From contig CM052817.1 of NCBI GenBank assembly GCA_028534125.1, positions 55,368,001 through 55,432,000 on the forward strand: 64,000 nt of DNA, in the 5' to 3' direction. Positions 50,481 to 63,440 of the stretch are shown piece after piece (the stretch's first letter is position 1; every line of letters begins with the position of its first letter). The position numbers and the translations under genes are program-made. Under the pieces are notes generated by a model. That model was given only the letters and a program-made list of their open reading frames with translations, did no database searches and was not told the origin of the DNA. This DNA is from Lama glama. Lineage: Eukaryota.

Positions 50481-52104
50481 CATATAGATCTTAGAACTTT
50501 TACAAAGTTGGAATGAACAGGAAAACATTTGGAGCAATTTTACATAAGCAAATTCTCCAGCAGCTAAAAGGCTGATTGGACTTGTACCTTCCAGTTGAGG
50601 AAGGTGAGGTATGTAGGAAATCTACATTGCCTTTCAGGCCACCAGGTACCACTGGGGAAATTACTCCACTGAAAGAGTTAATGCAGCTTTCAAACTTGCT
50701 TAAAGGGAATGTTTTGGGTAGTTAGACACTGAGAAAGTCTAGCTTATTATCACTCTATCTGAAAAACCCTCAGACCCTAGAAATTGAAATTATGAGTGAA
50801 ATTGTAGAGCCCCTTGGTATATACTAGAGATGTCCTATCATCACTTAACATTTTATTCTGTTTTGCCTGGTTAGCACTGAAAATTCACAAAAGGCAAACC
50901 ACAAAGATAGTTCTTTCTTTGTTTCTGCCAGTATTAACTGCAAATGGCTTTAGGGGTGTGTTTTTAAAGGAAAGAGAACACGTAACAGTGTTCCACTGGC
51001 AGCTTCACTGTGCTCCGTGTAGCCTGTTTCATATACGCTGGTGACTCTCAATTTTAACATTAAGCAGTTAAACAGACTGTAGGTTTTTCAGTGGCATTAT
51101 ATAAGAAGTCAGAGAACTTGACATTCTTTTCCTACTTGTTCTATAGGCACACTCATTCTGGCTTTCAGATTCATTTGGTAAGTTGGCAGGCTTTCTAGCT
51201 AGACGCTGTCTCTATAAAGAAGGTCAGTGAATCTACTGACTGTATAATCAGTAGGCAACTTATAGATATGCTGTTTTCTATTTCATATAGAAAGAATTTT
51301 CAGAATGGAAAATTTTTCTGTAAAGCTCTTTGAGAAGAGAACAGCTGGGCACCCAGAGATCTGTTTCCCTAATGCAAGTGTAAAGCAATTTGAAGGGGCT
51401 CCTTCAGATGTACATTTTCAAAGAACTGTGCTGCAAATAGTTGCCATTAGAGGCTGTTACAGAAACCCCGTTGCGACTCTCAGGAGGAGATGCTGAAGAA
51501 CTTCTGGTAAGAGCTTCTGAGATCTGTGACCCCCAGGGAGCGATGCCACTGACAGCTGCTGGGAACTGTCAAGAGTAACAGAACCAGTGAGAGACATCGG
51601 GAAGAATCACAGAGAACAATGGACATATTTGCTGAAAGTGAGTAAAGGAGCTGACGAAAACTACTGTCTCTGAAAGAAGAAACTTAGGTAATCAACTGCT
51701 TAAGGGACAATTTTAGTTAAACACTTCATAGAATCTGATGGGATTTGAGACTAGAAACTCTTGTTGTGAAAAGAAGCAAAATAAAGTCACTTAATTCCTT
51801 CTAAAGCATGAGACCCAGGAAAGCCAGAAAAGAAAACAGTGAGTTACATATGATCATTGCTTTATCAAAACTATTGCCCATTTAGGAAAATTCTCCTATT
51901 TTGGTCTTGTTCAATAAAATTAATCATGTGTGTGAAATCACTGCCGAAGAATTAGATAGCCAGGTGTACCAAACAGATTTACATATGAAGGAACTAAATC
52001 ATTATTTAAATAGTGTTGTAACTCATTTTTACTTTCCAAATAAATAGCTTTAATAACTTCTAACATATAAACAATGAAATTAGTTTAAAGCTATTGCCAT
52101 GATA

Positions 52105-52470
52105 ATTCAGTTCCTTGAATGTTCCAAAACCCTTCCTTGTCTCATGACTTTTGTACTCATATTCCTTATATCTAAAATATTTTTTTCTACTCTGTACTTG
52201 GTTAATTCCAATTCATCCTTCATATGTATGCTTAAATATTGCTAACCTCTTCAGTGAAGACTTCCCTTACCATACTTACCACTCAGCACTCTTGTATTTT
52301 CCCTCAAGGCACTTATGAAAATACAGAATTAGATAATTATTTTACTTATATTTTCTTTCACTAGACTGTTCGCTGTATAAGGCCAGGTTCATATCTTTTT
52401 TGGAGGGTACAGGGATTACTTCATGCCTAGCAGAGTGCTTGCCAGCCTTGTTCCTCCATAAATGTTTATT
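52105..52470 (+). mobile_element. L2 3' region
   Basis: ttcagttccttgaatg...aattcatccttca...cactagactgttcgct...gcctagcagagtgcttgcc...ataaatgtttatt. Confidence 0.7.
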
Positions 52471-53920
52471 TCACATATGAAAAAAATCTTTCTGCAGAGA
52501 TGATACAGTAACTAAAATCATTTCCAGAGTTTTAGAACAAAACATATTTGAATGATAAGAATAGAATACCATTCTGTTGAACAATATGGACTAAAGACCA
52601 CAGGAAGGTAAAGCAGGTCATGGAATAGTCTGGGACTCTACCAGTCCTCGGATGCACAATTTAACAAGCAGACTGGGCTTCAAGAGACTTACCTCTAATT
52701 GAAAGGGAGGGAACTGTTAATAGCTGGACTGGACCTTCCTATGAAGACTGGCTCTGCTAAAAAGATTTGCCTCAAGCAGGTTTGAGCTCTTTGGGTGACA
52801 TCAAAATTTTCCGTTATTCAAACCTCCGTATTCTAGTTGAGGAAGAGACAATGGGACACAGGGTATGGTCCTCCACATTCAGCATCCTCCTTCAGAACTC
52901 CAAAATAAATACCACATTCTGAAGAAAAAAATAAAATTAATTATGTTTTTTAGTTTTATTACAATAACTAATGAAGATCTGTCTTGGGAGAGGGGAAAAC
53001 AAAGCAGAGTTTGGGACTCTTCCATACTAAAAGAAAGAGAACTCTGAAGCTGTTTTCATGAGTTTTTCTTTTCATGGGTTTTTACATTACCTGACTTTTA
53101 TTGATGCAAATATTTTTTCAGAAGGCTTTGAGATTGAAGCACTAGGTTGGATTTGAGAACACCAAACAGCAGAGGTATTACTGAGAAAATATGACTACAT
53201 TGAAATCACTTAAAAAATCATACATAGAAATGCATGAAAATGGGCCTTTGTATTTACATATTGGGGATCTGTCTGTTTATGTAGTGGTCACAAAATGTAG
53301 TGGAGGTTAAGGAGAAGGCGAAGAGTGGTTTGCCTGTTTTATATTACTTTCATCCTGAGCTAGAGTTGTTGGTTGAGTAATACTTTGAGACTCATAAAAG
53401 TAAAAAGATGTATGTAAACCAACCTCAGTTTGATTCTCTAGCCCCAATTTTTTTATGCCACTTACTTTATCAAAATACTACCTTAGTCACCTAAACAAGT
53501 TTATTATTTCCATAAAAAATAGCAAAGAATATACACTTCAAGATTTTCTTAAAAGAAAAACAAAACCAAAAACTTCAGCCCTTTCTAATTATTTCTTTAT
53601 TCCACATTTCTCTAGTTGTAATTATAAAATAGAAGAGAGATCATTCTAATTATTTTGCATTTGCTCACAAGTATAAATGTCCATATAAATGAGGTAATTG
53701 AAGAGATTCATAACAAATCTGAAAATCAGGGAGGCATATTAAATAAATGCAATCAATATTCAAAATTATCTAATATATTGATTATCAAATTCTATAACAT
53801 TTTAAGCTAACTGATAATATACAATTATAAATAGAAATTTCTAGAATTTTCATAAATTTCAGGTGGTCACTTAGCAATAATCCAGGTAAAGAAAACCTGT
53901 GTTTATAACTAGCTGTAACA

Positions 53921-54004
53921 GGGGAGGGCATAGCTCAGTGGTAGAATGCCTGCTAGCATGCCTAAAGTCCTGCGTTCAATCCCTAGTATGTCCATTAATA
54001 AAAA
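53921..54004 (+). mobile_element. Vic-1-like tRNA-Ala-derived SINE (camelid)
   Basis: ggggagggcatagctcagtggtagaatgcctgctagcatgcctaaagtcctgcgttcaatccctagta with A and B boxes and an A-rich tail; TSD ataact(a/g)gctgtaa at 53905-53918 and 54008-54021. Confidence 0.88.
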
Positions 54005-54254
54005 GGAATAACTGGCTGTAAGATTAATATGAAACATAGGGGTCTCTTTATATATATATATAAATAAAACAAATGAAGTATACAATTCTTACATTAATAG
54101 AAGTGTAATATTAAAATTATAGGAAACATATTTCCCATTATATATAGTACCAATCAACATACATCTAGAATACCATGTTTAATTTGAAATTACACATATT
54201 TAAGGTTTATATTGTATAAAAAATGAGAACAATATGGATGGTAAGGAGTTAATA

Positions 54255-54452
54255 CATTGAAAGATTTAAGAATTGTTAGCTTTTAGAAGAGTAAGACTAA
54301 GGAGAGAGGACTATTTTTATTTATTTGAAGGGCTGCCATGTAGAAGTCTGCTATAACTCATTATCCATTGTTCTCAAAAGCATTATAAGGATTGGCATAT
54401 GAAAATAACCAGGAAGCAAATTTTCACTCAAAATAGGAAAAAAAATTAAAAC
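54255..54452 (+). mobile_element. L3/CR1 LINE 3' fragment
   Basis: ttagcttttagaagagtaagactaaggagaga...tatttgaagggctgccatgtagaag...ggaagcaaattttcactcaaaataggaa. Confidence 0.7.
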
Positions 54453-54879
54453 CCTAAAATAGATTTTTAACTCCTTAAATGCAGACCTGTGTCTTAACGC
54501 ATCATGTCCCCTTTAGTACTTGGCCTGATGCCCTTCACATAAAAGTTCTTCAAAAATTAATGTTGAATCAATGAACAAATTAAAAGACATGAATGACCAA
54601 TAATGAAATAACCAGCAGTGCAAGGAAGTGAGCTTTCTGCTACTGAGAGTATTGAAGCATAGGCTAAATGAGTACCAAATTGCAATGAAATGCAAGTTGT
54701 GATCGTAAAATATTCCTAGTTATCATTTGTGCCTTTTAAAATCCATCTAAAACCCATCTTATTATTGTATCACATATTATGTTATAGAAATTTTCAATTA
54801 AGTGGGAGGTTGGCATATTTTGCTCCTTGCACCTTGAAATAGAAAAAAAATTATACTGATTGCACAGATATTGGCATGA

Positions 54880-55065
54880 GGTAAAGGTGGTTCCCAGCCG
54901 GCTGTACCACGTGCAGATGTGTGATCTGTGATGTGGTTGTTTTCACCAGTAAATATGGATCATAACAGTAGGAAACTTTATAAGGATGTTGTGAGTATTA
55001 AGTTAGTTTATATTTTAAAGTCTCAGACATAGAGTAAGTTATCAGTATAGTCTACCTCTTATTAA
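54880..55065 (+). mobile_element. MIR SINE
   Basis: tgtgtgatct...ttttcaccagtaaatatggatcataacagta...aggatgttgtgagtattaag. Confidence 0.65.
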
Positions 55066-57519
55066 TTACTTTATGATTTATTTGTATTTTAGACTATTCA
55101 CTTGATGATATTATGTGGATGCTTTTGATTATATTGTTATAGTGAACCCATGTATTTATATTACCACTTCAAAATATTTAGTATAGTGCTATGTACAAAG
55201 CAGGTGGTAATTATGTGAAAAGGCTGATGGATATTGAATACTTGGGGTGTTCAGTACTATTTATAGTAGCTTAGATCAGCATCAGAGGAAACACATTTAT
55301 GTTTGTCTTGTTTGTCCACAGCTTAACAAAGTCTGAAGACCAAGTGGAATCTAAGTAAATACCTGTAACACTGGAATCCCTTTTTTTCTGCTTTAGCATT
55401 TGGAGTTAACTATTATATGGGAGAGACTAAAACGATGATGGGGTAACATTCTATTAGAGACAAGGGGAGTTTTCTTAGAACTGGAGTTAAGAGTTTAACA
55501 ACATACTGAAAGCTTGATAAGGCAAGAAGCAATAAAGTGTCAGGCCAAATGAAGGCATGTTTATGAGAGAGCATCTTAGTCAAAGGAAGAAAAGGGCAGG
55601 GTTTGAAAGCCAAAGATTAGGAAAGAACAATTAGTGAGAGAAAATGTGGGATATTACATTTTCGTCAGGAAGCTATGACACCATTTGACATGTTATCTAA
55701 ATCTGCAGAAGGAGATGAAAGTATTTTATAGATGTATGATATTAATAATAACACTAGAAGTACTTAAGGAAAGCTGTTAGTATAACTGACAGTAAAGAAT
55801 ACTAGATTCAGTCACATCACTGAGCTAGTGAAAAGTCACAAAAATACATAATTATCACTCAGGTGTTTAAACTCAGAAATTCTTAGGCAATTGTGTCAGT
55901 GTGCCCTTGTGGGCAGGCTAAGCCCTGCTGTCTGGAAATAAAAGACTACGTAACAGCAGAATAGCTAAATTTCCTTATCATTCAAAATCAGCATTTTGCC
56001 TCATTTTATTGGAAATTACAAATGAAAGGGAATTGACTAAGTGTCTCTGTGTTTTATGTCATTAACAAATCTATGAGTAAATTTCATTTGGAAAACCCCC
56101 CACAAATTTGAGAGTATGAAATGGAATATGAGCTCTTTCCGTTAAATATTGACTGAATTGATTTCTGATTTCCTAGATCCTGACAAGTCAGAATTTACAG
56201 TTGGACTTTTAAAAAATTCAGCCTGAAGATTAATTTCTGCTTAAACATCACAGTTTCAAATTTTCTAACAGTTGGGGAAATTATGTCTATTTACTTTTAG
56301 CCACTGGACATGGTGTCTGAAAAAGGCCTAGTGTAGAACTGCCCACAGTGAAAATACGCATAGTCCTCTACAATCATGGTTTTGAAGTTTATTTAAAAGA
56401 AATGAAATATACAATGATAAAATGCTCCTTAAAAGTACTGAGGTATTAGAATAGAGAAGAAAAAGAGGGTAGGGTCCAGTCAAGGATTCAGGTGAATTCA
56501 AAATAGCTTCAAATCTGAGAAATAGCAACATTCATTGAAGGCACACCTCTTAAGTATTTGCATTATGTTGCAGAAAGCATTTTAAGTTGGGATGAAATCA
56601 TAAAGACAACCTTTAAATAAGGTAATATTTTCTAGTTCCTTTCAGTGGCTACACAAATTAATGATGCAAAACAGCATTCAAGTGGAAAAAAAAAACAAAA
56701 CCTAGTGCAAGTGATTATAAAATAACTAGTCCCTTTGCAATTTGGCTACCATTTTGAAACAAATTAGGTATAAGTGCTGTGGGTTATTTAAAATACTGTT
56801 GTATAAAGCAAGTCATAAATAAGATTTTTCCCTTGGAGTTAAAAGCTAAATTAAGTTCTAAAATTCAAATGAAAAAAATTGCAGCCTTTATATATTTGAC
56901 GATTCATCAAGTTTCCCTCCAGATTTCAGGCTAATTTGAAAATAAGCAGAGCCATATTGATTCCCACATATATGACATTTCAAAGCATAACTTCTTTGTG
57001 TGAGTTGGTAGCTTGGCAACAATTGGAGAAAGTCCTCTGTCTCTGTCTCTGTCTGTCTCTCTCAATCTCTCTCCAAGCTTTGACATGTTTTTCTTACATT
57101 TTATTTGTGGAGTTGAAATTTGTTTTAAATATGGTTTAATTTTTTACTTCAGTTGTCTACTCTTACTCTTTAACTTTTTAAATTGAAACACTGGCAGCTC
57201 TTTTGTTCATTCTTACTTAAATGTGATTCATTGGCTGTTAAGTGTCTTTTTCCAGAGGAAATTATAAGTTAGCAACTTTTAAAACCTTTACTGATTCACC
57301 ATGTGGTAGCTGTGCCTCAGCCATCGTGTTCTCTGTGCGTGAGACCATTGGCTGATCAGTCTGTCCTCTCTTCTGGGCATGAGTCAGTACTACATTTAAT
57401 GACAAAATTCTCTTCAGGGCTAGAATCAGCTCTTTTATCCAAAGCAATTTTTGTTTGGATAACATAAGCTCATTTTGTTTGTAATAAATTGAGCAAAGAT
57501 TTCTGAAGTGGGGCAATAT

Positions 57520-57715
57520 GAATATAAACCTCAGCCCAGTCACTTAATAATGATGTAACCTTGGACAAGTTACTTAGTATTTATATATGTAAGTCAAGGA
57601 TTTTTCTCCTGTAAATTGGGATTACAGGACTTCTTACCTTATATGTTAGTTACATTTTTGAGGACTAAAGAAAAGATTGTATATGAAATGTCTAGCCCAA
57701 GGACTACAATATAGT
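57520..57715 (+). mobile_element. MIR SINE
   Basis: cacttaataatgatgtaaccttggacaagttactta...ctcctgtaaattgggatta. Confidence 0.72.
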
Positions 57716-57867
57716 GTGTGTGTGTTATACGTGTGTGTAAGGACAATTTAATTTCAGAATACAGTGCTGAACCAGTTCTTACTAGTCTTGGACAAATTTA
57801 GTAAGTTTGTCCACACAGAACAGAAAGAACTACTGGTCTATAATAGACATCCATTCCTATTGGCAGA

Positions 57868-58325
57868 TATGACGATTAATTTTTTGCATCAACCTGACTG
57901 GGGTGAGGGATGTGTGGATAGCTGATAAAAGGTTATTTCTGAGCATATCTATGAGGGTGTTTCTATCAGAGATTAATGTTTCTATCTGTAGACCAAGTAA
58001 AGAAGATCACTGAGGGTGTGCATAATCTAGTCTGTTGCGGGTCTGAGTAGAACAAAAAGGTAGAGAAATGGGGAATTGCTCTCTTTGCTTAAGATGTGAC
58101 ATCTATCTTCTCCTGCCCCCACATCGACTCCCCTGGTTCTCCAACTTTTGGACTCAAATTAAATTACACCATTTACTTTCTTAAATCTCTAACTTGAAGA
58201 CAGCAGATTGGAGGACTTCTTGGCTTCCAGAATTGCGTGAGCCAAATCTTATGTCTTAAATCCCTTATCTCTCTCTCTCTCTCTATTCTATTGGTTTTGT
58301 TCTCTGAAAAACCCTGACCAATACA
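57868..58325 (+). mobile_element. MLT2C/D-like ERV-L solo LTR
   Basis: gattaattttttgcatcaacctgactgg...agaacaaaaagg...ctattggttttgttctctgaaaaaccctgaccaataca; 5-bp TSD gcaga/acaga. Confidence 0.85.
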
Positions 58326-59599
58326 ACAGAGGATAATAATGATGAATCTGAACTATTTGTATTACTGTGTCTTTGCCTGAAATCCAAAAACAAGTAAACA
58401 AAAAAAAGTATTATTGCTGTGCCTGGAAGCTCTCAAGAAAATGTTCAATGAGGATAATTGATATAACTAAAATCTTACAAGAATAAAAGTAAATTCTGGC
58501 CTTTCTTTCCATCTATAAAAATGATAGATGCACAAAGTAAAAAGCTATAGCAAGGCACTGTAGCAAGATATATATTCTGTTACCTCATAAGATTAAACAA
58601 ACATACATCCTCATACAGTTGGGAGTTTTAGGAAGACTTTACACAGGAAAATGAACTTGAAGATATCAATGGGAAAATTATTTTTCATTCCCTTTTGATA
58701 GGAGACCAGTGTGTACCAAAGTTGCTCCCCTGCCCTCCCTTTCTGTACTTCTATTATTGTCCTCTGTTTGCTTCAGGGAAGATGAAAATAACATTTTTTC
58801 TGTATGAACTACAATGGAGAACAAGATACCTTGCTTTACTGGTGAAACATAAGGAACAAAAATGATCAAAATAAGAAAAGCTGAAATAGCCTTAGCAGGC
58901 TAATTATAGCCATTGCTTTAACAGATAATAATTCATTTACAATGGATTCATCTGTTTATCAATACAGCTACAGATTTTTGATGACTGATGCTATTTTAAT
59001 ATGAAAAGTTTTTATTCTTTTCTAAATATATTTATCACATTTCCTGCAATGTGATTTTTTTTTATTGATTTTTAAATAGGAAACATTGAGCCTAATACTT
59101 GGCAGTACGTCTTGCTGTGATAGATTTTTCTCTGCATGTCAGATGGATGTTAGACTGTCAGGCTATTTGATGGTCTTAGATAATCCTTGTGGATCTTTCC
59201 CCCATAATTTCTATGAAGTTATTTTTTAGGTGGGATATAAGGAGCTTCAGTTAAATATGACTTACCAGCATTGATGCATTGTTTTTTACTTTTAAATGAT
59301 TGGAATGCTTAAGTAAATACATCAAATACCTTTCTCAGTGGCTTATTGTGCTCGTAAGGCCAAATATAAGTGATACAGAAAATCATGTTACTTTTCTCAC
59401 AGTTTACGCTTTAAGTAAAAGGGCGTGAATAGTACGCTTGAAGCTGTATTTTCAAAGACACCAAGCTAAGCTAACTCTACCCTCCCTCCCGCTTCCTGTT
59501 TAAAAAATAAATAAATAAAATTGCCTTTTGATTATAGGAAAAGAAAAGACATTAGGCATCAAATTCTTTAATTGCCAAACACTGACCATTAATCTTTAA

Positions 59600-60480
59600 T
59601 GTATGCACCAGTCACTCTCTCATTTCCCTCATCTCAGTGGAAGAGACTGTCCCTTATTCTCCCAGCCTCTCGTTGGCCACCCCACGGCTTCCTCTCTGTG
59701 AGTAAACGTCACAAGCCTTTCCAAACGTAGCATATTTATTTGTCACGTTGTCCCTTCCAGCTACTGTAATACTTCACCTCTTTTCAGATACACTTCTTGA
59801 AAAGGGAATCCAGACTTATGGATTATCCTTTCTCACCTTCCATAACTTCCTAGTCAGTGTGAATCTGGTGAATGATCTTGTCCCACTAATAAAATTGTTC
59901 TTACCAACATTACCAATCTCTATTGCTGAAACAAAAGGAAACTTTCTGTCTATTATACTTGTCAGGCTCTTAGTAATATATGAAAAAGTTGACCATTCCT
60001 TTCTTGAAACTCCTCTGTATCCTTTCTTGGCCATAGTTATTGCGTTAATTTGAACTATTATTAATATCATTGGGCTTTTATCTGAACCTATTGCAGTATC
60101 TACATCTAGTTTCTTGTACACAACTTCCAGAGTCTTTTTTTCTAAAATTTAAATCTAATAATTCACTTCCTTGCTTAAAATTCTTCAAGGGTCTCTCTGT
60201 ACTCTAAAGAGCCAATACCATACAAGAAGAAATACTTTGCACGTCTATTGTTTTAGCTGTATTTCTCAAGATTCCCTTATTCCCTTCCTTCCCCATGCTC
60301 ATGCCTTATTACACTATGTTTCACAGCCAAAGACATCAAACTGTATAACAACTTTATTCTATTCACTGGAGAATTTTCATTTTAAATTTTCTACCTATGA
60401 TTTCCATTTGGATCTCATTAGACTCTGAGATTCTCCATGACAGGAAATAGGTTCTAGCATTTTTTTTATATTTAATGTCT
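59600..60480 (+). mobile_element. L2 fragments
   Basis: Pyrimidine-rich; aaagttgaccattcctttcttgaaactc; ttcacttccttgcttaaaattcttcaagg. Confidence 0.65.
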
Positions 60481-60859
60481 TGCTTAATAGGGGTCATACA
60501 TTTCAAGCATATATATGTATACACATGTATATATATGTCTATACACACACACACACATAATACAGTCAATTGAAACTAATGCACATGATGCAAATGGAAT
60601 GCAAAAAGTTAATTTTAATTACTGACTCTTTTTTCCAAATTAAATTACTGGCAAGATTATTTTTTCTTTTTTCATATAAAGTCTTTAGAAAATTTATAGC
60701 AGTAAACCTGTATGTTAAAGTTATAGTAGTGAAATTGCTGTATGAGAGAGTGTGTGTGTGCATGTCAATGCTTATGCATCTTGGCAAATTTTTCTCTCCC
60801 AAAGAGGAGTTTGCACCAGGTACGTTACATTTCTAACTACAATTTCTCTTAAAAATAGA

Positions 60860-61180
60860 AAAAACTTGCAATTATTATATGTGACAGTCTGGTAACAACT
60901 TTTCTTATGTTTATGCAAAATTTATATTCTCTTATTGTAAACATGCTATTTTTACTCTTCAGTATTCGCTTATATTTTATTTATTGATTGATTTGTAGAA
61001 ATTCTTTGTGAGTTATGGAACTAAGAACTTTTATCCTGCAAATAATTTTCTCACATAGTTAATCATTTGTCTTCTGCCATGATTATGATCTTTTTGCCAC
61101 ATGGAAAGTTGTGAATATTCTTAAGTTTATTAATGTTCTCTTTTACTGTTTTTGAGATAAGAGTTCTAATTAAGGCTTGT
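60860..61180 (-). mobile_element. Old L1 ORF2 3' fragment
   Basis: ttattgattgatttgtagaaattctttg...tgcaaataattttctc...tttttgccacatggaaagtt. Confidence 0.55.
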
Positions 61181-61246
61181 TATACAAATAAATAAATAAC
61201 TAAATGAGTGAATTAATTGAATAATTTTGAAAGTGAGTAAGAATAA

Positions 61247-61724
61247 TATATTAGTTAGGGTTCTCCAGAGAAATAGATCTAGTTGATCTATAAAATAAAT
61301 CTTGAGAGACAGACAGACAGACAGAGACAGAGACAAAGACAAAGAGATATGTATATATATAGAGAGAAATCACACACAGAGAGAAATCAATTATAAGGAA
61401 TTGATGTAACTTCCAGTCTAAAATCTGACAGGCTTGAAATCCAAGGGGAGCCAATGTTTTAGTTCAAGTCCAAAGGCTAGAAAAGACCCATAGCAATTCA
61501 AACCAATCAAGCAGGAAGAGTTCACTCTTACTCAGACTTTAGGTTTATTTTGTGTCTTTGACTGATTATATGAGAACCATCTGTATTAAGGAGATCAATC
61601 TGCTTTACTCAGTCTACAGATTCAAAATATTAACCTCATCCAGAAATACCCATACAGACACATCCAGAATGTTTTTTTCAGAAGTCATGGCACTTCACTA
61701 AATTAAATATAAAATTACACATCA
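61247..61724 (-). mobile_element. MLT2B-like ERV-L solo LTR
   Basis: attagttagggttctccagagaaa...ttcaagtccaaaggc...aatctgctttactcagtctacagattcaaaatattaacctcatccagaaa. Confidence 0.82.
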
Positions 61725-61774
61725 GAAATAGCAAGTGTATATTTCTATAGCACACTAAGTTCACCTGCTTTTTC

Positions 61775-61992
61775 CAGGTTTAAATCTCAGTTGCATACCT
61801 CTTATGTTCCTGTAATATTTGGTTTTATTTAAACTTTCTGGTCACAATTTTTATATCTGTAGCACAGAGATAGTGAGAGTAGCCACTGTTCTATAGATTT
61901 ATTAGGAAAACCACCTGAATTAATTTTTATCAAGTACTAAGAGTCATACCTGCTTGGCACATGTTATGTGATCAATAAATGTTAGCAATTAA
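61775..61992 (+). mobile_element. MIR SINE
   Basis: ggtttaaatctcag...ttttatatctgtag...ttggcacatgttatgtgatcaataaatgttagc. Confidence 0.7.
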
Positions 61993-62069
61993 TATATTTT
62001 CTCATAATGATATTGTAAGTTGCATGCTACAGTAACTTTCATTGTAGAAAAAATTCAAAAATTAGTTGA

Positions 62070-63440
62070 ATAGTTATGCCATGTAAAGAGCTAGGAATTG
62101 GCATACCTATTCTTACAATAAGAAAAAACTGAACAAATAAAAAATCAGTGACTTTTCTTGGACCCATCTGAGAGTTGAGGTTACAGGGCAAACCACCATT
62201 GGAAAGTATGCAGAGAAAGATGAATCCAGAGATTATAGCCAAAATTTACTTAACTGGAGCAGAAGTTGGTGGAATCTAAGGTGGTAGGAACACTTTGATG
62301 GTCATTTTGATGCATTGTTAGAGGCTGAGTGCAGATAAAATAGGTAAGAGAGAAACTGTCAGAGCTGCAGTCTTAGTGGATCTTCATAGTTTCATGGACC
62401 TTATTCCAAGAACCACATAAGATTCACATGATGGGGAGCTAAGAATGATACCCTCCTGGCTGTGGCAGTGCTAACCACTTGGGTGCAATAAAAATTGTGA
62501 AATAATCTTAAGGTTTTCTTCATAACAAAGACCTATACTTCAAGGGAAGAAGTTTTACCAGAGCCTTATCCTATGGGCATTTCTTTAATCTACACAACTC
62601 TGTTCAACCCTATCTCTCCTAAGTGGGGACTGGGGAGTAAGCTAAGAGACAGTTGTCACAGTCACATTGTAGTGACACAGGCCCACTGAAAAACTGAGGT
62701 TTAATTGTAAGAGTACTTTTAGAATACTTTAGAATTATAGTATGCTGCCTTTTCCCCAAACTTTACTACCACAATAACAGGGATCTAGTAAAAATAATGA
62801 TGGAATACCTACGCCTATGAAGAGTATTTAGAGAATCATAAATTCAACAGATGAGACAAAACAGCCACTGGAGGAACTTGAAACCTCTGGCACCTATAAC
62901 TACAGCAAACGTTAGACACAGCTAAATTAACTCTAGCTAGTTAATAAAACCTCACATCAAAGGCCTGTTACCTATGTTCTTATTATATCATAATCACCTT
63001 CAAAAAAAATTATGGGGCATGATGAAAGGAAAATAAAAAGAGTCCGAAGAGAAAAAGCAATATCAGAACCAGACTCAGATATGACGTTAGATGTTGTAAT
63101 TACCTGAGAGGAAAGATAAAATAAATATGATTAGTATTTTTAAAACTTAAATAGAAAAAGTAGATGACATGAAAGAACTGATGGGTAATATGAGAAGAGA
63201 GATGGAAACTCAAAGAAAGGATCAAAAAGAAATATTAGTAATCAAAAATACTGTAATAGAAATGAAAAATGCCTTCAAGAGACTTAGTACTGGATGAGGT
63301 TTATCCCAGGAAAAAATCAGTGAGCTTGAAGATATTTTTATAAAACTTCCCTATGGAAATGCTAAGGAAAACAAGAGGGGTAGGGCAGAATATTCAAGAA
63401 TGTGAGACAATTGCAAACAGTGTAATGTAAGCATAATGGG
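62070..63440 (+). mobile_element. Old L1 5' UTR and ORF1 remnant (L1M4/L1MD-like)
   Basis: tcagaaccagactcagatatgac...atgggtaatatgagaagagagatggaaact...aatactgtaatagaaatgaaaaatgcctt...aatcagtgagcttgaagata. Confidence 0.78.

Noticed and set aside
51305..51496. 63-aa ORF MENFSVKLFEK... as a protein-coding gene
   Set aside because: No recognisable homology or domain; length expected by chance; retained only as part of the candidate exon block
53921..53995. tRNA-Ala gene
   Set aside because: Degenerate stems, A-rich tail and TSD identify a retroposed SINE copy
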